Source: Kudoa neothunni (lineage: Eukaryota; Animalia; Cnidaria). From it: a DNA stretch of 64,000 nucleotides. Positions 50,667 through 63,200 of the stretch are shown piece by piece; within the stretch, counting starts at the first letter, position 1, and the number at the start of each line of letters is the position of its first letter. The position numbers and the translations under genes were made by a program. Below the pieces are notes generated by a model. The model ran no database searches, had not been told where the DNA came from, and was given only the letters and a program-made list of their open reading frames with translations. Location: positions 6,636,034 through 6,700,033 of the forward strand of contig OZ199839.1 in NCBI GenBank assembly GCA_964304625.1, read 5' to 3'.

Positions 50667-50964
50667 AGAAAGAGAGTTGCTCGATGAATTAAAATAGAAT
50701 TCTGATTTATATAAGTCAATTCTTTTATTTTTCTATATTTCTAATATTATTTTATTTGCTTACCTAAAATCTTTAGTAAACATTCCTAACAAGTAAAATA
50801 ATTTTGCTTTGTATGAGTCGGATTTATCGGCCAACATTAATAACCATTCATACGTGTAGGTGAATCAATTAGATTAATAAACTATGGATCAATTAATATA
50901 TCTTGACGACGACAATTCATATTTAATATTATTTATAAACGACTTTTATACATTACTGTGAATT

Positions 50965-52355
50965 ATGTTGATTCTTGTATTATTTTCTCTCTTCTTAGCA
51001 ATTATATCAGCTGGTGACCGATTTAATTCGTTATTCATATTTATATATTTTGTAAAGAGAGAGCTTTACCTTCCTATGACAAAGATGTAGGTCAGCCACC
51101 AGCTTGGTTAGAGAATGATACGCTCAAACAACAGGCTGCTGTAGAAAGATGGTATATTGACAAAGCTGACGCAACTTGCAAACCTTTTACTTATCTTGGA
51201 TCTCTTGGAAATTTCAACAACTTTGTTTCAAGATCTGCGTGCAACGAGCATCGTATATTGGGTTTAATTTATTCAGGCCTTTAACACTGAAATAGTAAAA
51301 TTCAAACCTGAAGAACAAGTCGGTGCATGTGGGTTAGAGAAAGCAGATGGAGATTGTAGCTTAACAGGAAATAATATGTTAACAAGATGGTACTTCAAAA
51401 AGGAAGCTGTTGACAGTAAGACGAACTCTTGCCACAGTTTCCAATACAACGGATGTGGTGGAAACGCAAACAATTTTAAATCAGAGAAGGAATGCAAACA
51501 AGCTTGTCAAAGTGATTCTCTCATTGCTACACAGAATGCTCAAAATAGAATATTGAACAAACAATACAATTAATTTATATTTATTCTACTAGATAACATA
51601 AATGGTGGAATGGACCCAGGAGCAGATGCCAGCACGATGACAGCTACTCCAAATGATTTCGATTGCAAATTTGTACCCGAAGTAAAAACTGCCGAACCTA
51701 AAATGGGAATTATTCCCCACAAAGACGGAAACAAATGCGTTTATGCTGCTGTTGGAAAGGAAATCAAGAGAGGATTTTTCACAGATTTACCAAACTGCGT
51801 CAAAACTTGCATAAGTACACAATTCAAAATTGTTAATAAACTATTAATCTCGAGTAGAAAATAAAGTTCCAGCTTGCAATGCTGAGGGTCCATATCAAAC
51901 TCCATCAGAAACTGATGTTACAACTGGTGTTAGTGAATACTTCTATTTCAACAAAACCTTAGCATTGTGTTTACCCTTTATGTCGAATACCCCAACTGGG
52001 ACGAATAAGATTGACGATGGTACATTAAACATATTTAGCTCCGTTGAACTCTGTGCAAGTTTCTGTCCCGCAAGTATAGACGTAACTTCGAATAAAGTGT
52101 AATAATATAAATTAAGCCGCTCATATTGGTCAATTGACTGCAGTTGAAGCTTGTTTACTACCAAAAGTCGGAGAAACAAGTGGAAATGATAAATACAAAA
52201 TTCCTAGATTTTATTATGACAAGGATGAATCGAACGCTAACACCGCCAAATGCAAGCAATTTAATTTTAACGGAAGAGATATGAACCTGAATAATTTCAA
52301 AGATTCCGTAGATTGCAAAGCTATATGCGAAACTCCATTTTCAAATGCATCTTAA
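50965..52355 (+). CDS. Secreted five-Kunitz-like-domain protein, paralog 5 (intact, 378 aa)
   Basis: Introns of 44, 43, 81, 43 and 43 nt leave 1137 nt (379 codons including stop), from MLILVLFSLFLAIISA to ICETPFSNAS*. Confidence 0.9.
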
Positions 52356-52917
52356 TTTTCAAGAATATATTTTAGTTATTAAACGTTTTCAAAATTTAAT
52401 TTATTTATAAGCGAAATAATATTTTAGTATTGTATCATTGGTATATGAATAGATATTGTATGCACAACTACTGAATATTTCATTATTATATATTGATATC
52501 ATAATTATGAATAATCACATTATCAGGAAGAATATGATATCATTTTACCATAGCTAATCTTAAAATAAACGATGATTATTTATTGAGGTTTTCGAGCTTT
52601 AACAACACTGTGCCGTGCTTTAACCCAATGGTGGGCACAACTTTTGGATCTGCGGGCCACATTGGCTCGTTACAGAAGCTTGGAGGGCCGTATTGTTGAT
52701 TAAGTGTTTTCTGAGAACTTAAATACCACCTATTGATGGTTTTTCTAATATTTTTGGTACAATAAAAAGCTAGTGTATAAATTAATTTAAAAAGGAACTA
52801 AATAATTTTGAAAAAATAGAAATTTGGTGATCGACATACTATTGCAAGTTATAATCGAGATAATAGGTTTTATAGTTAATAAATTTTAATTATAACTAAA
52901 GTTATGAAAAGTTAATA

Positions 52918-54957
52918 CAGTAGGTAACCCGTTTCACGCACGTTTAATTTCACGCGCTTTTTAAAAGCTACTTATTTTTACTAAGAGATGAAATATTGAT
53001 TCAATAATAATTTTTTATAAACAATTTTATCAATTTTTCTTGAAAAATAAAGTTATAAAATATCGTACACAAATATCACGTGATTGACTGGTTCACGCAC
53101 TTTTTTTAGCTGAGTTTGTTGACAACTTTTTTGTTTTTTATTTTAATGGCCAGAAGAGCACTGAAAATTCGAATTTTAACAGAAACATATAATAAAATTA
53201 AATATTATGATAATTTATCCCAAAAATGCGAAAGCCGGTACCACCTAACATTTTAAATTATCCTCAATTACGACTCTCAAAGGAATTTTCAAAGTGAGGA
53301 AAAAACATTGTGAAAATTTATGAAGGATTTCTACTTTCTAAAAATAGAAAATATTTGAATAATGGGTTAAATAATGATATCGATCAATAGGTGTACGAAT
53401 GGATGTCACACAAGAAACAAAAAGATTGAATTAAGCGCCGAGAATATCATAGATAGAAGAAATGAGTTTGCTAATCGTAAAAATTTGCTATCAACTGCAA
53501 TGAATGTATGGTTTCGTTGCTTTAAAAAAAGATATAATATTTACAAAATTAATTATCACGGCGAATCTGGCGATGTTGATCCCAAAACTACAGCAGAATG
53601 GATGTGTAAAATTGGAGCGTTTTATGATGGGTATTCGGAGGATTGCATTCACAACAATGATGAGACGGGTTTGCTATATCAACAACAGCGTGGTAAATAT
53701 TTCTCAATTTATTTTGTAAGGGTTTTTAAGGTAACAGTTGTGTCCATTCATCCGAGAACAATATGAGGGGGACTACAAAATCAAAAAAAAAGCGTTTGAC
53801 TGTTTTATTGGGAGCTTCGTTAAGTGGAGAAATGTTAGATCCCTTGTTAATCGGACCGATTAAAAAATCACGTTGTTTCAAGAATATTAAAAAGTTACCG
53901 CTTTTATTCGAATCAAACAAAAAGGATTGGATGACTCAGGATTTTTTCTTGAGGTACATTTCGAAAATTAATGACGGCTTTATTAAACAAGAGAAAAAGG
54001 TTTTACTATTTTTAGACAACGCGACCTCCCATTTTCAAAATGATTTTTCTAACATAAAATTAATATTTTCCCCCAAAACGCCATTAGTGTTTTGCAGTCG
54101 CTAGATCAGGTCGTCATCCATTCCCTTAAATCGTGCTACGAAAAGTCGATGATAGAATGATCCATTTATTGTGTTGAAATGGGAATAGAGCTAAGTCCTT
54201 CAAATGTTTTAGAAGCAATGGGATTAATTAAAACTGCCTAGGAGAGTGTTTCTAAAAATACAATCACAAATAGTTTCATAAAAGCAGGATTTTCCCCGTT
54301 AAGATTTATCTCAATTCAAGATAATTTATTAGCTGAAAATGGTGAAAAAGTTGCTGATGATTTGATCGCGAATGAAATAACTGAAATGATAAAGGGAGAG
54401 GAATCATACGTAGCTCTTAAATATAATGATTTTGATTTTTCCGGCAAATAATGATCAAATACTAAACACGAGTGAGATATTTGGTAGTTTCATTTTATTT
54501 ATATTTTTTAAGATTGTAACGCTGATGATGCAGAACAATGTGACACAGATGGGACACACGATGTGAAAGAACTCACCAGCAACAAAATTATTACCTGCAA
54601 AAAGGCTTTGAAATATTTGAAGGAATTAAAATCATTTTTAGGTGCATGATAATAATCAAAATATTAATTTGAATGCAGCAGAAGAATCGATATTTAAGAT
54701 TCTCTCAAACAATATGAAACAAACTAAAATTACAATATATTTTGTTCGGACATAATTTATTTTATTTTTCGTTTAATCATATTATATTTATCCGACATTA
54801 TTGAATAATAAAAAATTTTTTGAATGAATAGACAGGAATAAAAAATAAATTCCCCCTAGTGCACGTGCGCATTGAAAATATGTAGAACCGGGTGTGAACA
54901 ATTTCACGCACTTTTTTCCTGGTCCCGGAAGAAGTGCGTGAAACTGGTTACCAACTG
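52918..54957 (+). mobile_element. pogo/Tigger (CENP-B-like) transposon, full length, decayed
   Basis: TIRs CAGTAGGTAACCCGTTTCACGCAC / GTGCGTGAAACTGGTTACCAACTG with TA flanks. Motifs WFRCFKKR, HGESGDV, NNDETGL, KKRLTVLL and LFLDNATSH. Confidence 0.9.
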
Positions 54958-55074
54958 TATTACTCATTATGTACACATGAAATATTTAATAAATGACTCC
55001 GATACAATTATTTTAAGCATACAATTCCATACAATATCTGCTATAAAATGAGACCTAAATTATAAATTTGAATA

Positions 55075-56067
55075 CAGTAAGAAACCAAATTTACTTAATC
55101 TCCTGAGGACTAAGCAAAAAAGTGCGTAAAACCGGTCATGTACAATTTCACATACTTGCATGCGCAATCGTTCAGAAAAAATTGGCATTTAATAATGATT
55201 AAATTGCGTTTATAAAGGCTAGTTAAATATATATTAAATTTTAAACGATAATTGAAACTCGAGAAACGTATTAGCAACACAAAAATATTTTTCAACGATC
55301 TATAAAATACTCTTCTTGTTGCTATCAATAGAATAAGACAGTTTCGTCTACATTGTAAATAAAATTTTCAGAGTATCATTTAAAAAATGTTCTGATTTGA
55401 TCGGTCTACTATTAAGTAGTTTCAAATGTAGCATCAAAAGATTAGCTAATAAAATTTGATTTATTAATGTTGGACCTTTTTTAAAACAACGAAACCCTCC
55501 ACGAATCGCACACGAAGGTAAATCTTTTTCTTTGGCTAACTGATTTCTTTTGATGATTATTGTGACGATGCTTGCTAAAATTTTTTTGCTTCGTATCCAC
55601 TCATATACATCTCCATCAACAGAATTAAATTGTCCTGCTTGCAAATAATTTTTATTTTTAGATTTTACAAACATTTATAGGTTTTGATTATTTTATTTTT
55701 CATCTCTAGGATGCCATTAGGAGACGAGATAATAAATATTTAAAAATGCGATACATTGGCAGTTTTTAGGTCATTAAATTGAAGAATTTCGTAATAATTA
55801 GTAATATTGTACTCTTAACAATAGATATAGCATAGGAGCTTTTTGGCATTAAAAATTGACTTAATTAAATAAGAAACAAGAAGTACCCGAAAAAAGTGAG
55901 TGAAATTGGTCAATCATGTGATTTTTAGTTACGTTATTTAGCATCTTTTTAAAATAATTTTTTCAAAATTTTGATTGAGATATAAGAAAAATATTATATA
56001 AACAATAACCAATCAATATTTTAATTAAATAGATTTTTAAAACGTGCGCGAAATTTGTTACTTACTG
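55075..56067 (-). mobile_element. Internally deleted pogo/Tigger element
   Basis: TA-CAGTAAG...CTTACTG-TA termini; HTH CENP-B-like fragment VDGDVYEWI...GFRCFKK. Confidence 0.7.
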
Positions 56068-56169
56068 TATAATCAAACTAATAAAAACTAATTAGATTTA
56101 TAATATTTCAGATTACATTAAATTTTTTGTGACAAATATAATCAACTTCCAGAAATAATTCTTTTTAAA

Positions 56170-56990
56170 TTTATTACGGAATATTACAATCCCAAATTAT
56201 GATTAAAATAACAAGGAATTAAAAAAAATTTTACTTGTTGGTAAGTGTCAATGTAACATTCATCTTTTAAGGTTTTGTATATGTTTTTAGAATAATAATT
56301 CCACCAGGTAGAGTTATCATAACTTATTATTTCTATTAATTCCCTATCCTTGAGCGTTCCCGCCCAAAATGTCGATGATGGTATTAGACTGTTATCAAGT
56401 ACATCTATTAAGTTTATATCCAAGGAACAATCAGTAGGGATGTCAATAGAAGCTTTTAATGGCGCTCTGGACAATGTATCCGCGTTTAGGTTATCATTAC
56501 CCTTGCCATAGACGAGAGGCTAATTGAAACCAGCCATATAAAGTGGCCATCGGGCCATTCTTTGTGATGTTACGTGTGAGAATTCTTTAATTTTATCCAG
56601 TAATGTAGTCAGTGGTTTGTGATCAGTGAATATCGTAAATTTTCGACCGTCCAACATCTGTTTAAATTTTATTATTGCCTTAAATACTGCTAAGGCTTGA
56701 TTATCGATAACACAGTAGTTTTTCTCTGCATCACCATAGGTTTTTGGCGTGAAAGCTATTGGCCTTTCAACGCCATCAATAATTTATGAGAGAACCCCAC
56801 AGGTTCCCACATCAGAAGCATCCGTGGCTAGTACAATTGGGTTTTGTGGGTCGTAATGGTTGAGTACTCGGTTTCTAGATATGAGATTTTTGGCTTTAAC
56901 AAAGACTTTGTGTTGATTTTTTGTCCATTTTCATTTACAATCCTTTCGCAATAGCGAATTTAGAGGTTCAATAACTTCAAACATATGTGA
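56170..56990 (-). mobile_element. Ty3/Gypsy pol fragment (RNase H)
   Basis: IVLATDASDVG, RPIAF, FTIFTDHKPL, RMARW and ADTLSR on the reverse strand. Confidence 0.85.
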
Positions 56991-56999
56991 AAATTGTAG

Positions 57000-58221
57000 T
57001 TCAGATTGTATACATAATATCGACGAATCTGCATTATTCTACCAGCAGCAGAGAGGTATACGTAGTTTGTTAAAGTTTTGATTTATTTTGTAAGTAAAAG
57101 CTTTGTAGTTCCACCAGAGAAAAATATAAAGGGGACAAAACAATCTATGAAGCGAGTAACTATTTTGTTAGGTGCCTCAATGAATGATGAAAAGCTTGAA
57201 CCGCTAATAAGCGACAAACTCAAAAACCCTTGTTGTTTTAAGGATATTAAAAAATTTCCTGCCATATGAAAACAATAATAAATGTTGGATGAATAGTGAT
57301 TTACTCTTGAGATATATAACCAAGCTTAATCACTTACTTGAAAAAAGGAATAAACATGTGTTTTGTTTCTTGATAATGCATCCTGCCATTGTAAAAATAA
57401 ATTTGAGAAATATAAAAATGGTTTTTCTCCCCCAAAAAACTACGAATGTTTTACAACCTCTTGATCAGGGGATAATATATTCATTTAAATCTGCCTACAA
57501 AAGAGTTACGATTAAGCGATACATTGCTCGTGTTAAAACAGGTATTGATCCCGTCCCTCCGAACATACTAGAGGCAATGTTTCTTATAGAAGATTCTTGG
57601 GATACGGTTGATCCAGAAACAAATTATAAATTGTTTTAAAAAAAGCGTATTTTCCTATTGATGAATTTTCATCTATACCACTAAGCGATAATTAAAATAA
57701 TAGATGTATCTAATAGAGAAAGCAGTGATACCATATGCCCAGAGAAAATTAATGACAAAATAAACGAAATGATTCAGGAGGAGGATGATCTTTGCTGCTT
57801 ATATGATGACTATTCCACATTATATTTAGATATTAGGAATAATTTGGTGGATTGTGTTAAGTATGGCGAAGGATCTGGTGAGGAAGTGCTTGAAGATAAA
57901 TCTGAGGATACCCCTGTTCCGAATTTCAAAGAGGCTATTGATTCCATCAGCGAACTTAAAAAATTCTTTCTGAAAAATGATGTTGATCGACTCAGAAATC
58001 TTTCAAATCGTGAGAACGACGTATACGATATCATGTGGAAAAATATTAAACAATCGAAAATAACAGATTTTTTCAAACGTTAGAATATAAATATTGTTTA
58101 GTCTACTATATTGCATCTCATCTTTATTCAAACATGTTTTCTCGTTGATTAAGAGTTATAAATGTAATATTTAAATGACGATTGCACACTTAACAACGTG
58201 TATAAAATCGGTTGCCTACTG
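57000..58221 (+). mobile_element. pogo/Tigger 3' half
   Basis: NIDESAL, KRVTILLGAS, VFLP..TT.VLQPLDQGII and KQSKITDFF; right TIR ...GGTTGCCTACTG. A similar 3' remnant ends at ~40018. Confidence 0.8.
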
Positions 58222-58601
58222 CATATCAATTAAACGAGTAATATTATCAGATAAATTTACGCTTTGAACACCACTTTATAATATTTTTTTAAGCTTGCAC
58301 ATTTTCTAACATCTACCTGCTCAAGTAATAATTAATTACATTCAATGAAATTAGGAATAACATTAAATGATCCGTTTGGGTGGATAATAATTTTTTTTCG
58401 TGCAGGATAAATCCTGATTCATCCTCATTTTATATAGTATAGCTATATTTTTTCTATGAAAAGCTACTATATTTAACGCATTAATTAATTCTACGTATAT
58501 TTATAAGGACATTAAACCTCAAAATTAATGTCATAAAATAACTAGCATACTAAGGTCCATAAATATGTCAATCTATATTAATATGAAAATAGATGATTTG
58601 A

Positions 58602-60001
58602 CTAGGAGGTTGCCAGAGGTTCAATGCAAATTTTGTTACAATCTTCTTTAGATTTGAAATTATTCAGGTTCATGTCTTTTCCGTTAAAATTAAATGACTT
58701 GCATTTTTCAGTGCCAGCGTTCGATTCATCTTTGTCATAATAAAATCTAGTAATTTTGTATTTATCATTTCCACTTGTTTCTCCGACTTTTGGTAGTAAA
58801 CAAGCTTCAACTGCAGTCAATTGACCAATATGAGCAGCTTAATTTATATTATTACACTTTATACGAAATTACTTTCATACTTGCGGGACAAAAACTTGCA
58901 CATAACTCAACAGAGCTAAATATATTCAATGTACCATCGTCAATTTTTGGATCACCAGTTACAACTGTTTTTGACATGAAGGGTAAGCATAATGCTAACG
59001 TTTTGTTGAAATAATAGTATGTAGATACAGTGGATGCATCTGTGGTGTCACCACTGGTGGTGATTTCAACTTGATATGGACCCTCAGCATTACAGGCTGC
59101 AACTTTATTTTCTATTTTAGATATATAATTTATTTACTACAATGAGTTTTATACTTATGCAAGCCTTGACGCAGTTTGGTAAATCACCGAAAAATCCTCT
59201 TGTGGCAGTCTTTCCAACAGCAGCATAAACGCATCTATTTCCATCTTTGTGGGGAACAATTCCCATTTTGGGTTCGGCAGTTTTTACCTCGGGTACAAAT
59301 TTGCAATCGAATTCATTTGGAGTCGCTGTCAATTTTGTAGGGTCTTCCACACCCGTTACCCCACCGTTCCCCTTATCTATAAACATAATTACAAAATAAT
59401 TTTTATCATTTTGATTGATTTTAAACTCTGCATTAAAAAATGAGAGAATTACTTTGGCAAGCTTGTTTACATTCTTTCTCTGTTGCAAAGTTGTTTGCAT
59501 TTCCACCACATCCGTTGTATTTGAATTTGTGACATGAAGCTTGTTTGCCTTCGACAGTATCCTTGTTGAAGTACCATCTTGTTAACATTTTATCGCCTGT
59601 TAAGCTACAATTTCCGTCTGCTTTCTCTAACCCACATGCACCAGCTTGTTCTTCAGGTTTGAATTTTACTATTTCAGTATTAAACGTTTAAACAAAGTAA
59701 ACGAAATATACGATGCTCATTGCAAGCAGATCTTGATACAAAGTTGTTGAAGTTTCCAAGAGATCCAAGATAAGTAAAAGGTTTGCAAGTGGCATCCTCT
59801 TTGTCAATATACCATCTCTCGACAGCAGCCTGTGCTTTTAAAGCATCAGTGGCCAACCAAGCTGGTGGCTGACCTGCATCTTTGTCATAGGAAGGTAAAG
59901 CTCTCTCTTTTTAAAAAATAAAACAATATAAATAAAGAATTAAATCATTCACCCGCAATAACAACTGCTAAGCAGAGAGAAAATAATGAAAGCACCAACA
60001 T
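58602..60001 (-). CDS. Secreted five-Kunitz-like-domain protein, paralog 6 (intact, inverted orientation)
   Basis: The reverse-strand spliced frame is open from MLVLSLFSLCLAVVIA to ICIEPLATS*, with the same intron positions and phases. Confidence 0.9.
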
Positions 60002-60234
60002 AATTCACAATAACGCAAGAAAGTCGTTTATAAATGATATTACATTCGAATTGTCTTGGTCAAGACATATTCAGTACTCAATTGATTCATAGTTCATTAA
60101 TCTGATTGATTTACTGACATTTATGAATTGGTATTAATGTAATCAATAAATACGACTCATACAAAGCAAAATTATATTACTTGTTAGGAATGTTTACTAA
60201 AAATTTTAGGTTAACAAATAAAATATTATTAAAA

Positions 60235-60268
<34 letters not shown>

Positions 60269-63200
60269 CAGGTTGACTTATATTTATTGGAATTTTATTT
60301 TAATTTATCGAACAGCTAATTATATATGACAGTGGCTATTCTCATGGAGACGAATAACTCTTCCGTTATGAAAGATATTTCAAATCTGATTTCTTATTTG
60401 AATTTAACAATTTTTAATCTAATTTTCTACGCAAAAATTATTAGAAAATTTAAAGAATAAAAATTCAACATTTTACCTGCCCTATTTACACTGTTCACTT
60501 GTAGTACACTCATGTTTTCGAGTCTAATATTGTGTAATATAAACATTTTAGTTGAAATAAAAAGTAAAAACATTTACTTTTAAGCAGAAACTGTTCTGTT
60601 CGAGCATTCTTGTGTCACCCACCGTGTCTGAATATGCATGTGAATCCTATTTGATTATGGGACGTTCTATTTCGTGAGATATAAAATATCAATTGCATGG
60701 AATAAGTCTGAAAAGTGGTGTCCTTGTTGTTTCCCATGAAGCGTTGTTAAATTGATTTGGTCCAACCTATATCTTTTATTAAAAAATATTATTGTATTGT
60801 TACAATTTCGTATGTGGTTATTTTGGAGAAATTTTTTTGAGCTCACAACTAGAAAGTCATGGCTAGTGGATAGGTTGATCAATTTTTCATTGTGGCGTTT
60901 ATTGATTTTTCAATATATTTATTCACTCTTCTAAAAGAGTAAATATATTTTTGGGCGGGAAAATTATCATTATTTTAGTTAAGACACATAATTTGAGATT
61001 TCACGTAGTTGCCATAAAGAAATGATTCGATGGGCCTATACACATTATATAAAGATTTAAAACGTGAGTAAAGTTTTTAAATAGTCTGATTTTTACGACA
61101 AATGTTTAAAAAACAATCATATTCTGTTGAATTCCCAGTAATGTTCCAATTTCTTATTATCGCGTTAATCGCATAAAGTTGAAATTTATTTATTTTATGA
61201 GCATGTTTTATCTATTTTCAAAATTACCAAAGTTTTCCTACATTATAACTGTTAAATCCATTGTAATGATTTTAGAAAATTTATTAAATAATTTTAAGTA
61301 AAATTTAAGCATTCAAACACCTGATTATTTTCTAACTTTTGACTTGAAAGTTATTAATCAAATAAACATTTGATATTTATTAGGCCAAAATTGATTTATT
61401 ATGATATGAAAATTGTATAGAAATATGATTCATTCATGCTACCGATAGTTTAAGAATCCGGATCACTTATTACCATTAAAAAGGCATTCTTTTTTCGTTA
61501 TGCGTTAGTCTGTCAGTAAATAAGAAACTCATGGTTTATTCTATCAAGCCGACATTATTACAAAGTTTTCATTAATTTGAAAACAGTTAAATAAAGAAAT
61601 TATTCCAAAATGATTAAATAATATGTTTATCTTTAAATGAGAGCCTTCCATTGAGAAAATCGCTAGACTTTAAATCATTACTGTATATTTTCAAGCTAAA
61701 AGCACGCGCACATCATCAATTAAATCATAATTTTGTATCTACGGTTGATTGGGTTGTTGAATTAAGTGGCGTTTGTCTGAAGAAGAATGGATAGATTGAT
61801 TTAAAAGTTTATAAATCTTATTAAAATAGCGAAACCCTAATTTCCTACTCACAGCCGTTCGGTTGAAATCAAATAAAATCCTTCATAAAATTATTCGATG
61901 AAGTAATATGGGCGTTATTCTTGTAAATGTGGAAATTTTCATTTTTATACATTTTATCTCTTATAATTTTTAGACATATATCTTCAAGTTTATAATTTCA
62001 GGATTAGATTTGTTTCGAAAAATAATTCAAAAGCACAGCAAGTTATAATGCATTAGGTTACTGAATGGTTTTGTTGACCTGTTTTGTTTACAGCATAATT
62101 TAGATTATTAATATCATATGTTGTAAACATGCAAATGTCCCTAGATCTAGTTGAAATCGTTCGCGAAGTTGGATTTTCAGTGATTAAATTCAGTGCAGGT
62201 AATTTATTTTTATTCCCTCGTATTATTTAAAGTAATTAGGTTGATATTGACACGATTTGTATGTTTCTGAGTGAGTGCACTAAAGTTTGTGCCAGTCCAA
62301 TAGATATTAATTTGAGTAATAAAAATCAATTTTTTTAAATTTTCTTCTATCTCTATATCTTTGTTTACCTCCCCAAAAATATGGCAAAAACTTTTCGATC
62401 CAGGCCAGAATCGGCTTTGAAAAATCCCCCGGCAAAAAATAATGTTTTAGATAACACTTTAAGGTAATTTAAATACTTCCGGGAATGCAGAAAAATATGA
62501 CGCGTAACTTAAATTATTAAGCGTTGGTGTTGGGACACGAAATTGTAAATTGAACGCCGGGATTAGTACATCCCTGCATTTAAATGATCGGGATTTAAAA
62601 TTCAAAATCTATGTTGTTAATTATGATGCTTTAAATTTTTTTACGTTGACTGCTTCCATAGGTTAATTCGAAACATTCATATATTTTTTGAACGTAATTT
62701 AGAAATGTCTCTATGTGAAATCGTTCCCAAGCGACGCTAGGCAGTTCGCGCTAGTATACATTAGGTGACGGGTCGTGGGCACTAAAATGGGAATTGGGTT
62801 CGAGGTGTTCACGACCCGTCATGACACATGCGAACAAAACAAAATTTTAAATGCAGGCTCTTGCAATTTAGTCTCACTTATTTATCACTATGTTTGCTTT
62901 TATATTCAAAAGTATATTAATAAAAAAAAATTTTCTTTAACAATGATGTAAAGGTTAAATACGATTGATCTAGTCGATCCGTGACTTTAATTTGTAGAAA
63001 CAAACCATTTAAACAACGTGATGATAATACTAATAAATTCTGTCACCAATAATTCAAAAATAATAATAAATGCAATTTACATATCCAATCTTATTACAAT
63101 CAAAATTATATATAATTTCAATCATAAGATTTGGACGATTTTAAATAAAAGCATGCAGAAAATTTTCTTAATGAATTATTTAATCTTAAGGAAGTGTTGC

